Of a stretch of DNA of 64,000 bases, positions 27,432 through 38,188 are shown piece after piece. The stretch lies in the sequence record NZ_CP067021.1; one strand, given 5' to 3'. The DNA comes from a plasmid. The notes under the pieces were generated by a model, which was not told the origin of the DNA, did no database searches, and saw nothing but the letters and a program-made list of their open reading frames with translations. How positions within the stretch are numbered: the first letter of the stretch is position 1; each line of letters begins with the position of its first letter. The position numbers and the translations under genes were made by a program.

Positions 27432-29444
27432 TTAAGGGTATTCAGAATAGTAAGGACATAAACGCATAACAATACCTTCAAATGTAACGGCTTCAGCTAA
27501 AGTCACAACACCATCTCGAGGGTTTCTATCGAGGTTTCTGTTCGCATTATATTCACGACTAGGGCTTTTATATGGTCCACCTAAAACTAGAGCATAAAAC
27601 CCAGCTATTGTTTTATTATTATAGTCGCTTTTACGTTGTCGTGCTTTTACTGCAAGATATAAATCTAATAATTCGACTTGTTGTTGAGCACTCAGTGTAG
27701 TGATTTGCTTAGGGTTTGATTTAATTGAAGCTGGTATTCCTCTCGCTGTTAAATCTGAAGCATTAATATCTGTTATACCAATTTTAGTCCATTGACTTAA
27801 ACCATATGCACCAGCGTTGTTGTCAATTTTAAGATTAAAACCGGCAGATTCAAAACCAAGAATAGCTGCAACGTCATTAGGGTTATAACCATGTTTTAAA
27901 GAAACACGTTTAATACCATCTTTAACCGCACCAAAAGCACCTGGTATACCCCAACCACATTTACGATCTGGAGTACCTTGTCCACCTTTTAAGATTTGTG
28001 CATCTGAATAAACTTGCCCGTTTCCACCTTCCTCAAAAAGCTGTTTCATTTCAACTACTGCTACTTCAGGAATAACAGTTGGTTGTTCAGCTTTCGTATA
28101 AAGTTCATCTACACGGCCAGAATAGCGTTGAGTTTCTGACGCTGTATAAGCTGCCAAAAGAGCCTCTAAGCGTTCATTTTGTTTATGGATCTCTTTAGTC
28201 AAATAGTTTTGTGCATTGATAATGTTTAGCTTTTCAATCAAAAGCCCCATCATCGACATAGTTGCTAATTCATTAAACCATTTAGAGTTGCCATAACGTC
28301 CAGTACCAATGTTTTCAATTAATTCTGCTGGCGTAGAATTAAGTGCACCAATATCAAAACCCACATCATCAGCCGTACCACCAAAAATAGTTCTAGGCGG
28401 TGCATATTGAGCAACATCATTTGCATAAATGGTACCGCTTGCAGCTGCTTCAGGTGAGATAGTACCGTCAGCAATCATTTGAGCGACTTGCACTTGTGCA
28501 GATCCATAAGCATCCATCGAAACATCGCCACTAAATGCAAGTGCTGGAAGCTTTTTGCCTTGTTTTACTGCAATGCCATCTACCGATGAAGAAACGGGGA
28601 GGGTGATTCCTGTTGATGATGAATATAAGGCATTCCATTGAGTCCTAATGGTGTTACCCAAGTACGGTGTGTATTTGTTTTCTAATGCTTGTCCTTGTGG
28701 CGAGACACTAATCACAACGTCCTGAGGTAAATATGGCGTAGGATCTGTTAACTTATATTCAGAACTACCCACATATGGCGCAGATCCTTTAACGCGTTGC
28801 TGAAGTGCAATGGATGGATTTTTAAAAACTTGATCTAAGTTTTTATTCAGCCAAACATCTAGCCCACGTTTTGCCTTTACACCATATTCAATGTGCAAAT
28901 GCACGGCACATGAACCACAGCCTTTATTTGACATGTGTGCGATGTTTTGACCAGCTTGAATACGTTGACCAGGGTAAGCGTTAAATTTTTTTTGATACGA
29001 TGGATCAGTATGGCGATACATGATTCGATCGCCAGTATCCATCTGCATAATTAGTGGGTTAGTGGTTGATTGGTTGCTTGAACCAGATGAACGTGTGTCA
29101 TAAGAGACAATAGAACCTGAACCAATTGCTTTAAGTGTAAGGTCATTAGGATTCGCACGACTAATATCAATACCGTTATGACTACCAGCAGCGCCCCCTC
29201 GCAAACGAAATTCACCAAAACGACCAGCACTACGGCGCCCATCATTCGGCATGATCGAATATTTATGGAAAATCATTTTTTGAGCGTTGTTAGGAACTTT
29301 TGCCGTATTAGCGTTTGTAGCGGTTACGTTTTCAGAAATAGGATCGGCGTTAGCGGTATAAATAAAAGCCGAGCAAGTCACTAAAATTGCGACTTTAATG
29401 CCACAGCTCAAGGGCTTTAATTGAAATGAGGGTCTAAATTTCAT
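27432..29444 (-). CDS. Bifunctional peptidoglycan hydrolase, 670 aa, with an N-terminal M23 (LytM-type) peptidase domain and a C-terminal lytic transglycosylase (SLT) domain.
   Basis: Signal peptide. M23 motifs HNGIDI (HxxxD) and CAVHLHIEY (HxH). SLT motifs GFESAGFN (catalytic E-S) and AYGLSQ. Confidence 0.65.
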   Translation of the reverse strand: MKFRPSFQLKPLSCGIKVAILVTCSAFIYTANADPISENVTATNANTAKVPNNAQKMIFHKYSIMPNDGRRSAGRFGEFRLRGGAAGSHNGIDISRANPNDLTLKAIGSGSIVSYDTRSSGSSNQSTTNPLIMQMDTGDRIMYRHTDPSYQKKFNAYPGQRIQAGQNIAHMSNKGCGSCAVHLHIEYGVKAKRGLDVWLNKNLDQVFKNPSIALQQRVKGSAPYVGSSEYKLTDPTPYLPQDVVISVSPQGQALENKYTPYLGNTIRTQWNALYSSSTGITLPVSSSVDGIAVKQGKKLPALAFSGDVSMDAYGSAQVQVAQMIADGTISPEAAASGTIYANDVAQYAPPRTIFGGTADDVGFDIGALNSTPAELIENIGTGRYGNSKWFNELATMSMMGLLIEKLNIINAQNYLTKEIHKQNERLEALLAAYTASETQRYSGRVDELYTKAEQPTVIPEVAVVEMKQLFEEGGNGQVYSDAQILKGGQGTPDRKCGWGIPGAFGAVKDGIKRVSLKHGYNPNDVAAILGFESAGFNLKIDNNAGAYGLSQWTKIGITDINASDLTARGIPASIKSNPKQITTLSAQQQVELLDLYLAVKARQRKSDYNNKTIAGFYALVLGGPYKSPSREYNANRNLDRNPRDGVVTLAEAVTFEGIVMRLCPYYSEYP

Positions 29445-29672
29445 AAGTGAATCGCCAGGCTTAAAGGAAGTTCTTAAAATAAATTAACTTCTTATTAAAT
29501 GTCCCTAATATCTAAGTGGACGGATTAAGTATATACGATTAAATACGTATTTTATACTTTAAAAAAAGTTTTTAGGTTTTGTTTTAAGATAGTATATACA
29601 TATAGCGTTAATCTTATTGATAGGTTTAAGAATAAGGTTACATGGTTTTAATATTTTAATTTAATAAAAGTA

Positions 29673-30182
29673 GTGAGGTATCTAAATATGTTAAATCACG
29701 CACACGTTTTAAGCGCTACTTTCGACCAAGCGATTGACCGCGCTTCAATGGGATTAGACTTTTTAATCCAAAACAAAGTACACCAGAAGAATGAAAATGC
29801 CTTGTTAGCTCACATTGAAATGCTAGAAAACAAAATCAAAGGTATTACAAATCAGTATAACGAATTGGTTGCTGAAGCGAACGCACACATTGATGACGTT
29901 ACAAGCAAGCACAATGAGCTGGCGAACAAGTACAACAATGTTTGCGCCCAAATGAAAGCAAAAGACATCGAGCTTAATAACAAGCAAATTGAGTTAGAAA
30001 AAGAGCGTATAAACAACTTTGACTTACTTGTGCAAAACCGTTCATATAACAATTTGAACCGTGCTTACAGTCATGCAGTTGGTCAGCTAGAGAAAGATCA
30101 ACAGCAACTTGTTAATATCGGCGTTCGTAGATTTATTTTTAACTCTACAAGCAAAAACAACATTCAGAAAATTAACTTTTAA
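29673..30182 (+). CDS. Coiled-coil protein of about 165-169 aa.
   Basis: ORF rich in heptad-like K/E/N/L sequence. A terminator follows. Confidence 0.4.
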   Translation: MRYLNMLNHAHVLSATFDQAIDRASMGLDFLIQNKVHQKNENALLAHIEMLENKIKGITNQYNELVAEANAHIDDVTSKHNELANKYNNVCAQMKAKDIELNNKQIELEKERINNFDLLVQNRSYNNLNRAYSHAVGQLEKDQQQLVNIGVRRFIFNSTSKNNIQKINF

Positions 30183-30196
30183 TTATGAATATTTTG

Positions 30197-30232
30197 ATAA
30201 AAAAAATGGTGCTTTTTGAGCACCATTTTTTA
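30197..30232. terminator. Bidirectional intrinsic terminator (AATGGTGC...GCACCATT plus a T-run).
   Basis: 8-bp perfect stem, with an upstream A-run and a downstream T-run, between convergent genes. Confidence 0.65.
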
Positions 30233-30243
30233 TTGTCTAGATT

Positions 30244-33200
30244 TTAAGGTTTACCTTTAAACTTAGACAGAGTTGAGCTTAAACCTGAACGCACACGATT
30301 AGTCATAGAGCTACGGCCAGAAATATTAGATTTCTTGGTTGCACTAGAACTAGCACCAAAACGTGCATTAGGAGTCGAACCAGTACCATACGTATACCCA
30401 GTACTACTTGCAACATTCACACTACCGAAAGTAGAACCAGTCTTAAATGCTGATGCTTTAGCTACACCACGATTAAACGTAGAAGCTGTTTTTCCGTAAG
30501 CATTTGCACCATATAGACCACCACCAGTAGTAGGCGTATTATTTGTACCACTTACACTTGTAGCACCCATACCGAATGTAGATTGACCTTGGCTTGGGCT
30601 AGGTGATGTTGGTTTAGCACCAAGACCAGTTGTACCACCCGTACCACCACTGACACCACTTGGAGTAATACCACCTGTACCACCAGTTGCAGCGCCAAAA
30701 GAAGCGGATCTAGCTGGCATATTTACAGGGCTATATGCAGTCGTACTACCAGTACCGCCTAATGTATTACCACCTGTACCACCATTGCCACCACCACCAC
30801 CTTTCGGATTGTTTGGACCACCCTTACCACCATCAGGACGTCTACCAGGCGGTAAAGGACGGCGAGATGCTGGAGATGGACCAGACAACGTACTTGCAGC
30901 GCCACCAAACTTTTGTATAGCTTCTTTTGAGTTTGTTTCACCCCACTGACCGCCATTCAATCCAGAACCAATCCATTGTTGTACTTGGTCAGCAACACTA
31001 AATACCAACCCGTAAATCAGGTAGATCGCTGAAGTCATCAAGAATAGATATAAGAAGAACTTCCAGATAAACGTAATCAGCTCAGTAAAGATAACTGTAA
31101 ACGTATTAGATGAATAAGCGATGCTCATTGCACCTTGGTAGCTAAAGAACATATCAGTAAGCGTAACGAGAGCTGGCCCGATAATAATTTCAGCCATCCA
31201 GAAACCAACAATGATAAATATTGGTCGCATGAACAACGTTAATACCGTGACATAACCTTGTGTTTGGCTACCGACAAAAGTACGCTCAGGGATCATGTGC
31301 ATTAGCGCCCATAAAGGCAAACCACACACAGCGTATAGGATATGGATGATCCAACCCACACAAGCTAGACCAAAGAAGATCATTGGCATATATGGAATAA
31401 CAACCGCCATCCACACACCAAGAATCGTCAAATATGTTACTAGCTGACCAAGGATAGGAGCAAAGATATTTTCAACGGCATATTCTAAAGCGTTGGTGCC
31501 TTCTTCAGTTACGCCCTTAAGCCCTGGTACCCATTGAACAAGTGCAGAACCAGAACGAGCAGTAAGCACGACTAATTTCATGCCGACAACAGTACCTTGA
31601 GCCACAGCTTTATAGACTAAGATTGCTTCACCAGTATCTTGAATATTACGGATAACATTCGTATTGCGGTGCAATGTAGTAGGGCTGATATTTGAGCTAG
31701 ACGAATTATTATTTAATAATTCCGCATCGCCTTTTTCACCGACCAATATACCCATTACCAATGATTTAGTAATGTTTGTTGCCCAAGCAGAACCATACGC
31801 CGAAAACTTTTGATCGATGTTGGATACTTTGTTTGAGTCACCACCATCGGTAGACATTGATATTAAGTTGGTAGAGTCGGCAATATCGCCGTTTGCCACC
31901 CAATTATTGTTGGATGTAAGGCTACCAACAGCATTATCCATTGCAACATAAACGGTGTTATAAATTGCTTCACCTTTTGAGTTGCTCATGATTGCTGAAT
32001 TCAGTGTAGGAGGGGTGAACGTCCACAAAGGTTCAGTAATATACTTCTCAACAATAGCGCGATATTGACCTACTTTAATACGAGCTTCAGGCGTCATCAT
32101 CCAACCGCGCTGATTTAGCGTATTAACAACAGTTTGAACCGCAGTATAGCCATTTTCAGAAGTCAGAACATTATTCGTTACGGTATGACTCTTATTCACA
32201 TAATTATCAACTAGCGCATTAAAGGCATCCATTCCAGCTTTACTAATAGGGAATGTGCCTTCTTGCTCAGTAGCATTAGCATTTACTTGATACGCGATAT
32301 ACCATTTTTCCATATCGATAAAAAATTCACGATATAGATTGTACTTTTGTTGCTGTAACTTTGCTTGTACATTTGCCAAAGCAACGTTGATCTTGTTTTG
32401 ATCTTGCTGGCGTAATTTATAAACAGGGATATCCATCAATTCACTATTAACCGCAGCTGGATTAACAACGTTCATTGATGCACCGCCACAAATTGGCTCT
32501 TTTCTACCTCCAACTTCTAAACGGCTGTCTGAATATGCATAGTTATAAGTAATAGATGTCCAGTTTGTAGGTGTTTTAGCTGTTTTATCTATGTAGTTCT
32601 GCTTTACCTCCACTGCAGTCCTACTAACACCGGGATCAGCATGACCCACGTATGAACCATCATTGTAGAAGCGTCCGAACGCTGGAGGGAGAGCATAGAA
32701 CTCTTGGTTTAAAACGTTAATGCAATGCAGCTGTCGAAGCATGACTGGCGCATTTTTTCTGAAGCCAAAAATATCACGTTGATGATCGTGCGTATCTGAC
32801 AAACTAGCCGAAGCCATTAAGGATTCGCCTAATGTTCTATTATTAATTGTATTAGAAACATTATTTGACCAAAGCACCATACCGAGGACAACCACTTGAA
32901 TGAAACAGTAGCCAGACGCGGTAGGTAAAAGCAAAATAATCGAATATAATATACGGGAAAACATCGTAGTGACTTTAGAATCTTTCCCGAAAGCTTCACC
33001 GTCCTGGGCGCTTTTCAAAAGTGCAGTTAAACCAATACCGATCGCAAAAACCAGAACCAAAGACATTGCCACACTAGCTACACCACCTAATAATATATTA
33101 GTGAGTAATCCTGATGATGGTACTGTCGAAGCCGGGCCAGACGCATTGATAAACGCATTGATGAAATCGTGTCCAAAGATAGATGAGAGAAGAGTAACGG

Positions 33201-33312
33201 CTTGGTCGCCATCACAATTCGGATTTGTCGATTGACAAAATAAACTCATAGCTAACTCACCGTTTTTCTTAATGCTTCTTATACATCGCTTACTTAAGAC
33301 GACTAAAAGCAA
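30244..33312 (-). CDS. Large polytopic membrane protein (DotA / TraY-like), 1022 aa, with a Gly/Thr/Ser-rich C-terminal tail of about 220 aa. The likely real start is the Met at 33249.
   Basis: N-terminal signal-like hydrophobic segment, a large soluble domain, then a cluster of 6 or more TM helices (e.g. VVIPYMPMIFFGLACVGWIIHILYAVCGLPLWALMHMI). A low-complexity GGTGG/TGGTT-rich tail follows. Size and topology resemble DotA/TraY. Confidence 0.45.
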   Translation of the reverse strand: MLLVVLSKRCIRSIKKNGELAMSLFCQSTNPNCDGDQAVTLLSSIFGHDFINAFINASGPASTVPSSGLLTNILLGGVASVAMSLVLVFAIGIGLTALLKSAQDGEAFGKDSKVTTMFSRILYSIILLLPTASGYCFIQVVVLGMVLWSNNVSNTINNRTLGESLMASASLSDTHDHQRDIFGFRKNAPVMLRQLHCINVLNQEFYALPPAFGRFYNDGSYVGHADPGVSRTAVEVKQNYIDKTAKTPTNWTSITYNYAYSDSRLEVGGRKEPICGGASMNVVNPAAVNSELMDIPVYKLRQQDQNKINVALANVQAKLQQQKYNLYREFFIDMEKWYIAYQVNANATEQEGTFPISKAGMDAFNALVDNYVNKSHTVTNNVLTSENGYTAVQTVVNTLNQRGWMMTPEARIKVGQYRAIVEKYITEPLWTFTPPTLNSAIMSNSKGEAIYNTVYVAMDNAVGSLTSNNNWVANGDIADSTNLISMSTDGGDSNKVSNIDQKFSAYGSAWATNITKSLVMGILVGEKGDAELLNNNSSSSNISPTTLHRNTNVIRNIQDTGEAILVYKAVAQGTVVGMKLVVLTARSGSALVQWVPGLKGVTEEGTNALEYAVENIFAPILGQLVTYLTILGVWMAVVIPYMPMIFFGLACVGWIIHILYAVCGLPLWALMHMIPERTFVGSQTQGYVTVLTLFMRPIFIIVGFWMAEIIIGPALVTLTDMFFSYQGAMSIAYSSNTFTVIFTELITFIWKFFLYLFLMTSAIYLIYGLVFSVADQVQQWIGSGLNGGQWGETNSKEAIQKFGGAASTLSGPSPASRRPLPPGRRPDGGKGGPNNPKGGGGGNGGTGGNTLGGTGSTTAYSPVNMPARSASFGAATGGTGGITPSGVSGGTGGTTGLGAKPTSPSPSQGQSTFGMGATSVSGTNNTPTTGGGLYGANAYGKTASTFNRGVAKASAFKTGSTFGSVNVASSTGYTYGTGSTPNARFGASSSATKKSNISGRSSMTNRVRSGLSSTLSKFKGKP

Positions 33313-33515
33313 AGTGTTATAAATTACAAGTTAGACGTTTAACTAAAAGGCTTAATACCTTTTAACCAAAGAATCATTAAAACCATTTTATTACAAATAA
33401 CAATGGTTTTTAAATTAGCAATAATGTACCACAAAACTATTATTGGTATATACAGAAAGTTTAAACATGACTTGCTAATTGTTTTAATGATTTAGTTTAA
33501 ATACAAGAGACTATT

Positions 33516-33929
33516 ATGGATAAAGCAAAGTTTACATCTCACTTAATTTTACTGTCGGAAATTAAGAAATCTGTATCTAAAGATATGGGGAAAGATATAA
33601 CTGTTTTAGAGTTATCCTACATACTCAACCAAAGCATAAATCCTTTAATGGCAATAACTTATAAAGAAAAACTAGATAAAATAAATACTTTTGAATTAGA
33701 TCCTATTGAAGTTCTCAAAAAACGGAAGAACCTAAAAATATTAAAAGTATTAAACCTCATGCTTACGTTAAATCTAGACAAAACCATTAAAAAAGACGAT
33801 ATAGAAAGTTACAACGAGTATAAAGACAAGTTTTTAGAGAACATCGCAACAATAGGTTTAGACAGATTAGAGCAAGAAGCGTTAAAGGTACAAATTGAAA
33901 ATTTATTGAAGTATAATTGGGTATCTTAA
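33516..33929 (+). CDS. Hypothetical protein of 137 aa.
   Basis: ORF with plausible spacing. Confidence 0.35.
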   Translation: MDKAKFTSHLILLSEIKKSVSKDMGKDITVLELSYILNQSINPLMAITYKEKLDKINTFELDPIEVLKKRKNLKILKVLNLMLTLNLDKTIKKDDIESYNEYKDKFLENIATIGLDRLEQEALKVQIENLLKYNWVS

Positions 33930-33978
33930 TACATCTCTTAATTTTAAGATTCTGACTTTAATAAAGGGTTTAAGCCAA

Positions 33979-34380
33979 ATGGAAAACATACAGAACGAAG
34001 AAGATATACTTCAAGACGCGACCAGAGCCGTTTTTAATTGTGGCACTAGTTTTAGTGAAGCTAAAGTAGTTTCCCTTACTGACGAGTTTAACCCACAACC
34101 TACACTACAAACACAACGAACCAACCTAAAATATATCTACGACAATAAACTACCGAATGAAATTGGTCGTCAATTAGCGCAAGAACCAGAATACCAAGAA
34201 GAAACACGTTCATTACTTGTTGGCCACTTTAAAGAAATGGCTCTAGAAGATTTAATTGAGCAGCAAGATTACCAAAACCGCTACAAACAAACAGATCCAG
34301 AATTGGACCAAGACAATGAATATGAAAACAATTCGGATAACGAATACACATCACGCCCACCAGAGCCTAGACCTTGGTAA
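33979..34380 (+). CDS. Hypothetical acidic protein of 133 aa.
   Basis: ORF followed by a strong terminator. Confidence 0.4.
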   Translation: MENIQNEEDILQDATRAVFNCGTSFSEAKVVSLTDEFNPQPTLQTQRTNLKYIYDNKLPNEIGRQLAQEPEYQEETRSLLVGHFKEMALEDLIEQQDYQNRYKQTDPELDQDNEYENNSDNEYTSRPPEPRPW

Positions 34381-34392
34381 GCCTAACCATTA

Positions 34393-34426
34393 AAAAGAAA
34401 ATGCCCGAATGATGGGCATTTTTTAT
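34393..34426. terminator. Bidirectional intrinsic terminator (ATGCCC-gaatgat-GGGCAT plus a T-run).
   Basis: Perfect 6-bp stem, with AAAAAG upstream and TTTTTTAT downstream, between convergent genes. Confidence 0.65.
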
Positions 34427-34428
34427 AT

Positions 34429-36285
34429 CTACGTAATATCTAGCTTCAAAAGTTCAGATGGATCTATGCGCTGACGGAATGAACATGCGAGTTCTTTTAC
34501 AATTTGATTTTGATATTGTTTGCGGTCGAATGTGTCAAAAGCTGAAACCTCAATTTCAGGATCAGTGATTGCATTTAGAAGATCCTTGGTTGCATTGAGT
34601 GATGCGGTAGGACAAACATAGATAAGGTTAAGCACTGAAGTACGAAGCAAAATATCTAATAAGTGATATTTGGGCGGTTCCAGTTCCTTATCTACATTAG
34701 AAAAGTAGTTCACAAGATAAATGTCATTTGATAAATGCAGATTGATATTGTCAATGAGATCTTTGGTAACACCGTCAAGAATGCCATTCACCTTCAACAA
34801 AAGTTCAGTGTTTTCGATGTCTTTAATTTTTTGCGTATCGACACGTTCATTAAATAAGTTGTTTAGATTTCTCAAAAACTTTGGTTGTGGCGCCGTAGTT
34901 TCAAAATACATCTGATTTTTGATACGGTCCTTCATGTAAGTTTGGATCATCTTAGCTTCAGAAGAAAGAAACTCAATCTTAAACGTGTCGTATGACACTA
35001 GATCAATAAATACTTGCTGGCCAGCACCCGACTTAATATCAAACCAGTTCATAAAAATACTGGCTTTGAGTGATTTCAATTGTTTAAGAATAGCCGTCTT
35101 CTCAAAATCATTCATATTGAAGTAGCTACTTGAAAAAGTATCGAGATAAAACTTCCATTTATCTTGCACTATATTCCACGCTTGATTAATAGAAATGATT
35201 GGAGCATCTATAATTTCATCTTTGATGGATTTTGACAGCTCATATAATTCATTTAAACGTGCTTGGTAGTTGAAGTCTTGAGTAATCACATTCTTTTCTT
35301 GTGTTGTGGACTCAGAATCCTCAAGATCCGCACCAACCAATAAATAAGCATCGGTTACTTTTGGTGTTTCCTTATTTGACGGTGCTGGTACTGGAGCACT
35401 AGAATGTTCAGTGGAAAAAGTTTCATCATCTTCCGCTGGCGTATACGGCGGTGTAGTCTCTTCATTAGGAGAACGTGCGTCTGTACGTTCAGCAAAAAAG
35501 TAAAACAATTCTTCTTGCGGTGCAACTTTAAACGGCGTCACATTATTATTGATGATTGCTTTTACAATATGGTTTGCCAGTTTTAGCGTGTAGGATAGGG
35601 CATGTATATAAAGCTCTAATGTTGCAAAGTCACTGGTATCAACTTCATTAGCACCAAACCAAGATAGGTTACGCAGTTCAAGCCAGCTCGTGAAAGAATC
35701 GTGAGAGCTATTAAAACTTAGATCTACGGTCTTGGACAAATAGATAAAAACGCAAAACAAAAACCTATTTTTGTACTCATACTTAAATACATCAGAATCG
35801 GTCCAGATCTTATTCTCAATGAGAGCAAGAATGTAATTTAAAAGCTCATGGTGTTTAGTCGAATCGATTAAGTTGTCTGGTAATACTTTTAGTTGATTAA
35901 GGTGTGGTTTTACAGGTGCATCATTGGATGGTTTAAGGAAGTGGTAGAACAAGTTAAATGTTTGCGTATCATCTATATCAATTACAGGTTCATAATCATC
36001 TTCATCTACGTTATTTAGATCCTGTTGAATATCGACTATTTGCCCGGTGTGACCTTCTGAACGGTCAATCTGGCAGATACTAAAAAGAACAGGCAAAACC
36101 CCGACAATATTACGGTTGTCAATTGTTTGATAGTGGGTATCAAAAAATATCGTATCAGCTAAAAACGTACCTTTATGATAGTTGAGAAAGAAGAATAGTA
36201 CGTTATTTAAAGAACGGTGATTTTCACCATAAGAGGTGTTAGAAGTAGCGTTAAAGTCATCGAAAAAAACTAAATTTGTATCCAT
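34429..36285 (-). CDS. Hypothetical protein of 618 aa, last gene of the giant-protein operon.
   Basis: Long ORF with no recognisable motif. Confidence 0.55.
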   Translation of the reverse strand: MDTNLVFFDDFNATSNTSYGENHRSLNNVLFFFLNYHKGTFLADTIFFDTHYQTIDNRNIVGVLPVLFSICQIDRSEGHTGQIVDIQQDLNNVDEDDYEPVIDIDDTQTFNLFYHFLKPSNDAPVKPHLNQLKVLPDNLIDSTKHHELLNYILALIENKIWTDSDVFKYEYKNRFLFCVFIYLSKTVDLSFNSSHDSFTSWLELRNLSWFGANEVDTSDFATLELYIHALSYTLKLANHIVKAIINNNVTPFKVAPQEELFYFFAERTDARSPNEETTPPYTPAEDDETFSTEHSSAPVPAPSNKETPKVTDAYLLVGADLEDSESTTQEKNVITQDFNYQARLNELYELSKSIKDEIIDAPIISINQAWNIVQDKWKFYLDTFSSSYFNMNDFEKTAILKQLKSLKASIFMNWFDIKSGAGQQVFIDLVSYDTFKIEFLSSEAKMIQTYMKDRIKNQMYFETTAPQPKFLRNLNNLFNERVDTQKIKDIENTELLLKVNGILDGVTKDLIDNINLHLSNDIYLVNYFSNVDKELEPPKYHLLDILLRTSVLNLIYVCPTASLNATKDLLNAITDPEIEVSAFDTFDRKQYQNQIVKELACSFRQRIDPSELLKLDIT

Positions 36286-36382
36286 CTAAAAATACTTTAA
36301 ACCACACCCTTAAACTATTACTAACAAGCATATAAGTTTTAAGAGAGGGTTTAAAGTTAATTTTAAATATATTTAATGGAGT

Positions 36383-36865
36383 TTAAGACATCGGGCTTTG
36401 TAAGCGCTCTACATTTGATGAAAGGTCAGAAACATCTTGCTCTAAAGTCATTGCCTGGTCTATCGCACGTTTCATTAAATATTCTTGATTAATTTCTTTA
36501 GGCTCTTTACGAGTAGCATTCTTTTGTTCTTCTTCTAATTTGAAACGTTCAAAAGCGAAAATAGAACGAATAATACATAAGCTATCTTCAAGTAGGTCTG
36601 AATGCACTTTAGGAAAAATTAGATCAGGATCTAAATCAGATGCGACTTGGTTAAACAGCATAAATTGATCGCGATGTTCGATAAGAAATTCATCATATGT
36701 ACCGAACTCAGATTCGATCATATCTGGAAAATTTGCGAGAGTTGAGACTTTCGTATCTTGTGATAACAGAATTGAATCACCTGATGGCGCAACTAAAGCA
36801 TGAATAGGTTGTTCTGCAATAGGAGCCAACAACACTACAGTAAATGGGCGTGTTTGGTTTTTCAT
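36383..36865 (-). CDS. Hypothetical protein of 160 aa.
   Basis: ORF in the operon. Confidence 0.45.
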   Translation of the reverse strand: MKNQTRPFTVVLLAPIAEQPIHALVAPSGDSILLSQDTKVSTLANFPDMIESEFGTYDEFLIEHRDQFMLFNQVASDLDPDLIFPKVHSDLLEDSLCIIRSIFAFERFKLEEEQKNATRKEPKEINQEYLMKRAIDQAMTLEQDVSDLSSNVERLQSPMS

Positions 36866-36873
36866 GGTTAGTC

Positions 36874-37662
36874 CTAATTAGTATAAAAAAAGCTTTGGCC
36901 AAAAAGTCTATTTTGAAATTTTGGTAGGTTAATGGAATCGAATGGAAGGTCCGTCTCTTTAGTACACTTCTGATTAATTAGATAAATGATATTTTGAAGA
37001 AGTGCAATCAATTTAAATGGACTGTTGTATTCATTGAATATGGGTGCAGCGATGCAAAGAGTCTTTTTTCTATCGGTTGATAATGCCCATGGGTTCACCA
37101 GGGTAAAGCTCACCTTGGCATTATTATGTTCAATTGGTCGTGCATAAATATCAAGAACATCGGATAAAGTAGATACCTTTAATTCTTTTGAAATGTCAGT
37201 AAGAATCTCACTGACTTGAAGCGCTGTTTTATCATGAATATCGCTTATAGTGATGCAAACACCACTATTACTATTCATTAAATTTGCATAAAGAACTTCA
37301 ATAACCATGGACTCGTCTTTGGATAAATCCTTTAAATTGGCATTGACTAAATCTATGGTCCGATCTGATTTTTGTTCAAGTTTAATTTGAAGCAAAAGCG
37401 GTTCATTCTTTTTTGAAACAGGGAGTACTTTATAATCGCTAAGATTGTACTTTAACCGCTTCATTTCAGTAATCAGCGTTTCTTTGGCATTATCAAAAAG
37501 CTTCTGATCTCTCTTGGTTAAACCAATAACAAAATTTGTGGACATGAGTATATTCATGATCCACAAAGCAGTAGATAAGGATAAAACACTATCCTTAACA
37601 ACTTCTGAATCTGAATCAGAAAACCCAGATATTTGCTTGATTTTGTCGGTTATCGAAATCAT
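36874..37662 (-). CDS. Hypothetical protein of 262 aa.
   Basis: ORF starting 8 bp after the upstream stop. Confidence 0.45.
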   Translation of the reverse strand: MISITDKIKQISGFSDSDSEVVKDSVLSLSTALWIMNILMSTNFVIGLTKRDQKLFDNAKETLITEMKRLKYNLSDYKVLPVSKKNEPLLLQIKLEQKSDRTIDLVNANLKDLSKDESMVIEVLYANLMNSNSGVCITISDIHDKTALQVSEILTDISKELKVSTLSDVLDIYARPIEHNNAKVSFTLVNPWALSTDRKKTLCIAAPIFNEYNSPFKLIALLQNIIYLINQKCTKETDLPFDSINLPKFQNRLFGQSFFYTN

Positions 37663-38188
37663 GTGAACCCTTGTTTAATTCGGCATTTTCATCTGAAACT
37701 TTGTCAAAAAGATTAGTTTGATTAAGTACGTCTTGGATATTTTTTTGTGGATCATCACTGAGTAAACATTGGAATAGGGCACTAATTAAAGTAGCAAGTG
37801 ATGTGCCATAGTCATTGGTACACTTGATTAACTGGCCAGCATCTAAGCAAATTGGTGTTTCATCATCATAAAGCAAGTGTAATTCTGGTGATTCAGCATA
37901 AACCAACTTTACATGAGTATCCGTGATGATTAACTCAACTTCTAAGTACTCATTATTTTCAACAAAATATTTAAAGCGCAACATCAATGCATCATCGCCA
38001 CGTTCTATATATACAATTTGTCGATCGGTCGTATTGGTATGGGTGACGAATCTATTCTCTTTTGTGATCTGATCAATGTAGTTCAAAAAGATGGTTTTGA
38101 GTGACGCACTTAAAATACCTTTGGCAGCGAGTTCACTTTTCAAGTAAGGCAGAAAGTTTTCAAGATTTTCATGCAATGGTTTTTGCAT
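37616..38188 (-). CDS. Hypothetical protein of 190 aa, overlapping the downstream gene by 47 bp.
   Basis: ORF in the operon. Confidence 0.45.
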   Translation of the reverse strand: MQKPLHENLENFLPYLKSELAAKGILSASLKTIFLNYIDQITKENRFVTHTNTTDRQIVYIERGDDALMLRFKYFVENNEYLEVELIITDTHVKLVYAESPELHLLYDDETPICLDAGQLIKCTNDYGTSLATLISALFQCLLSDDPQKNIQDVLNQTNLFDKVSDENAELNKGSHDFDNRQNQANIWVF

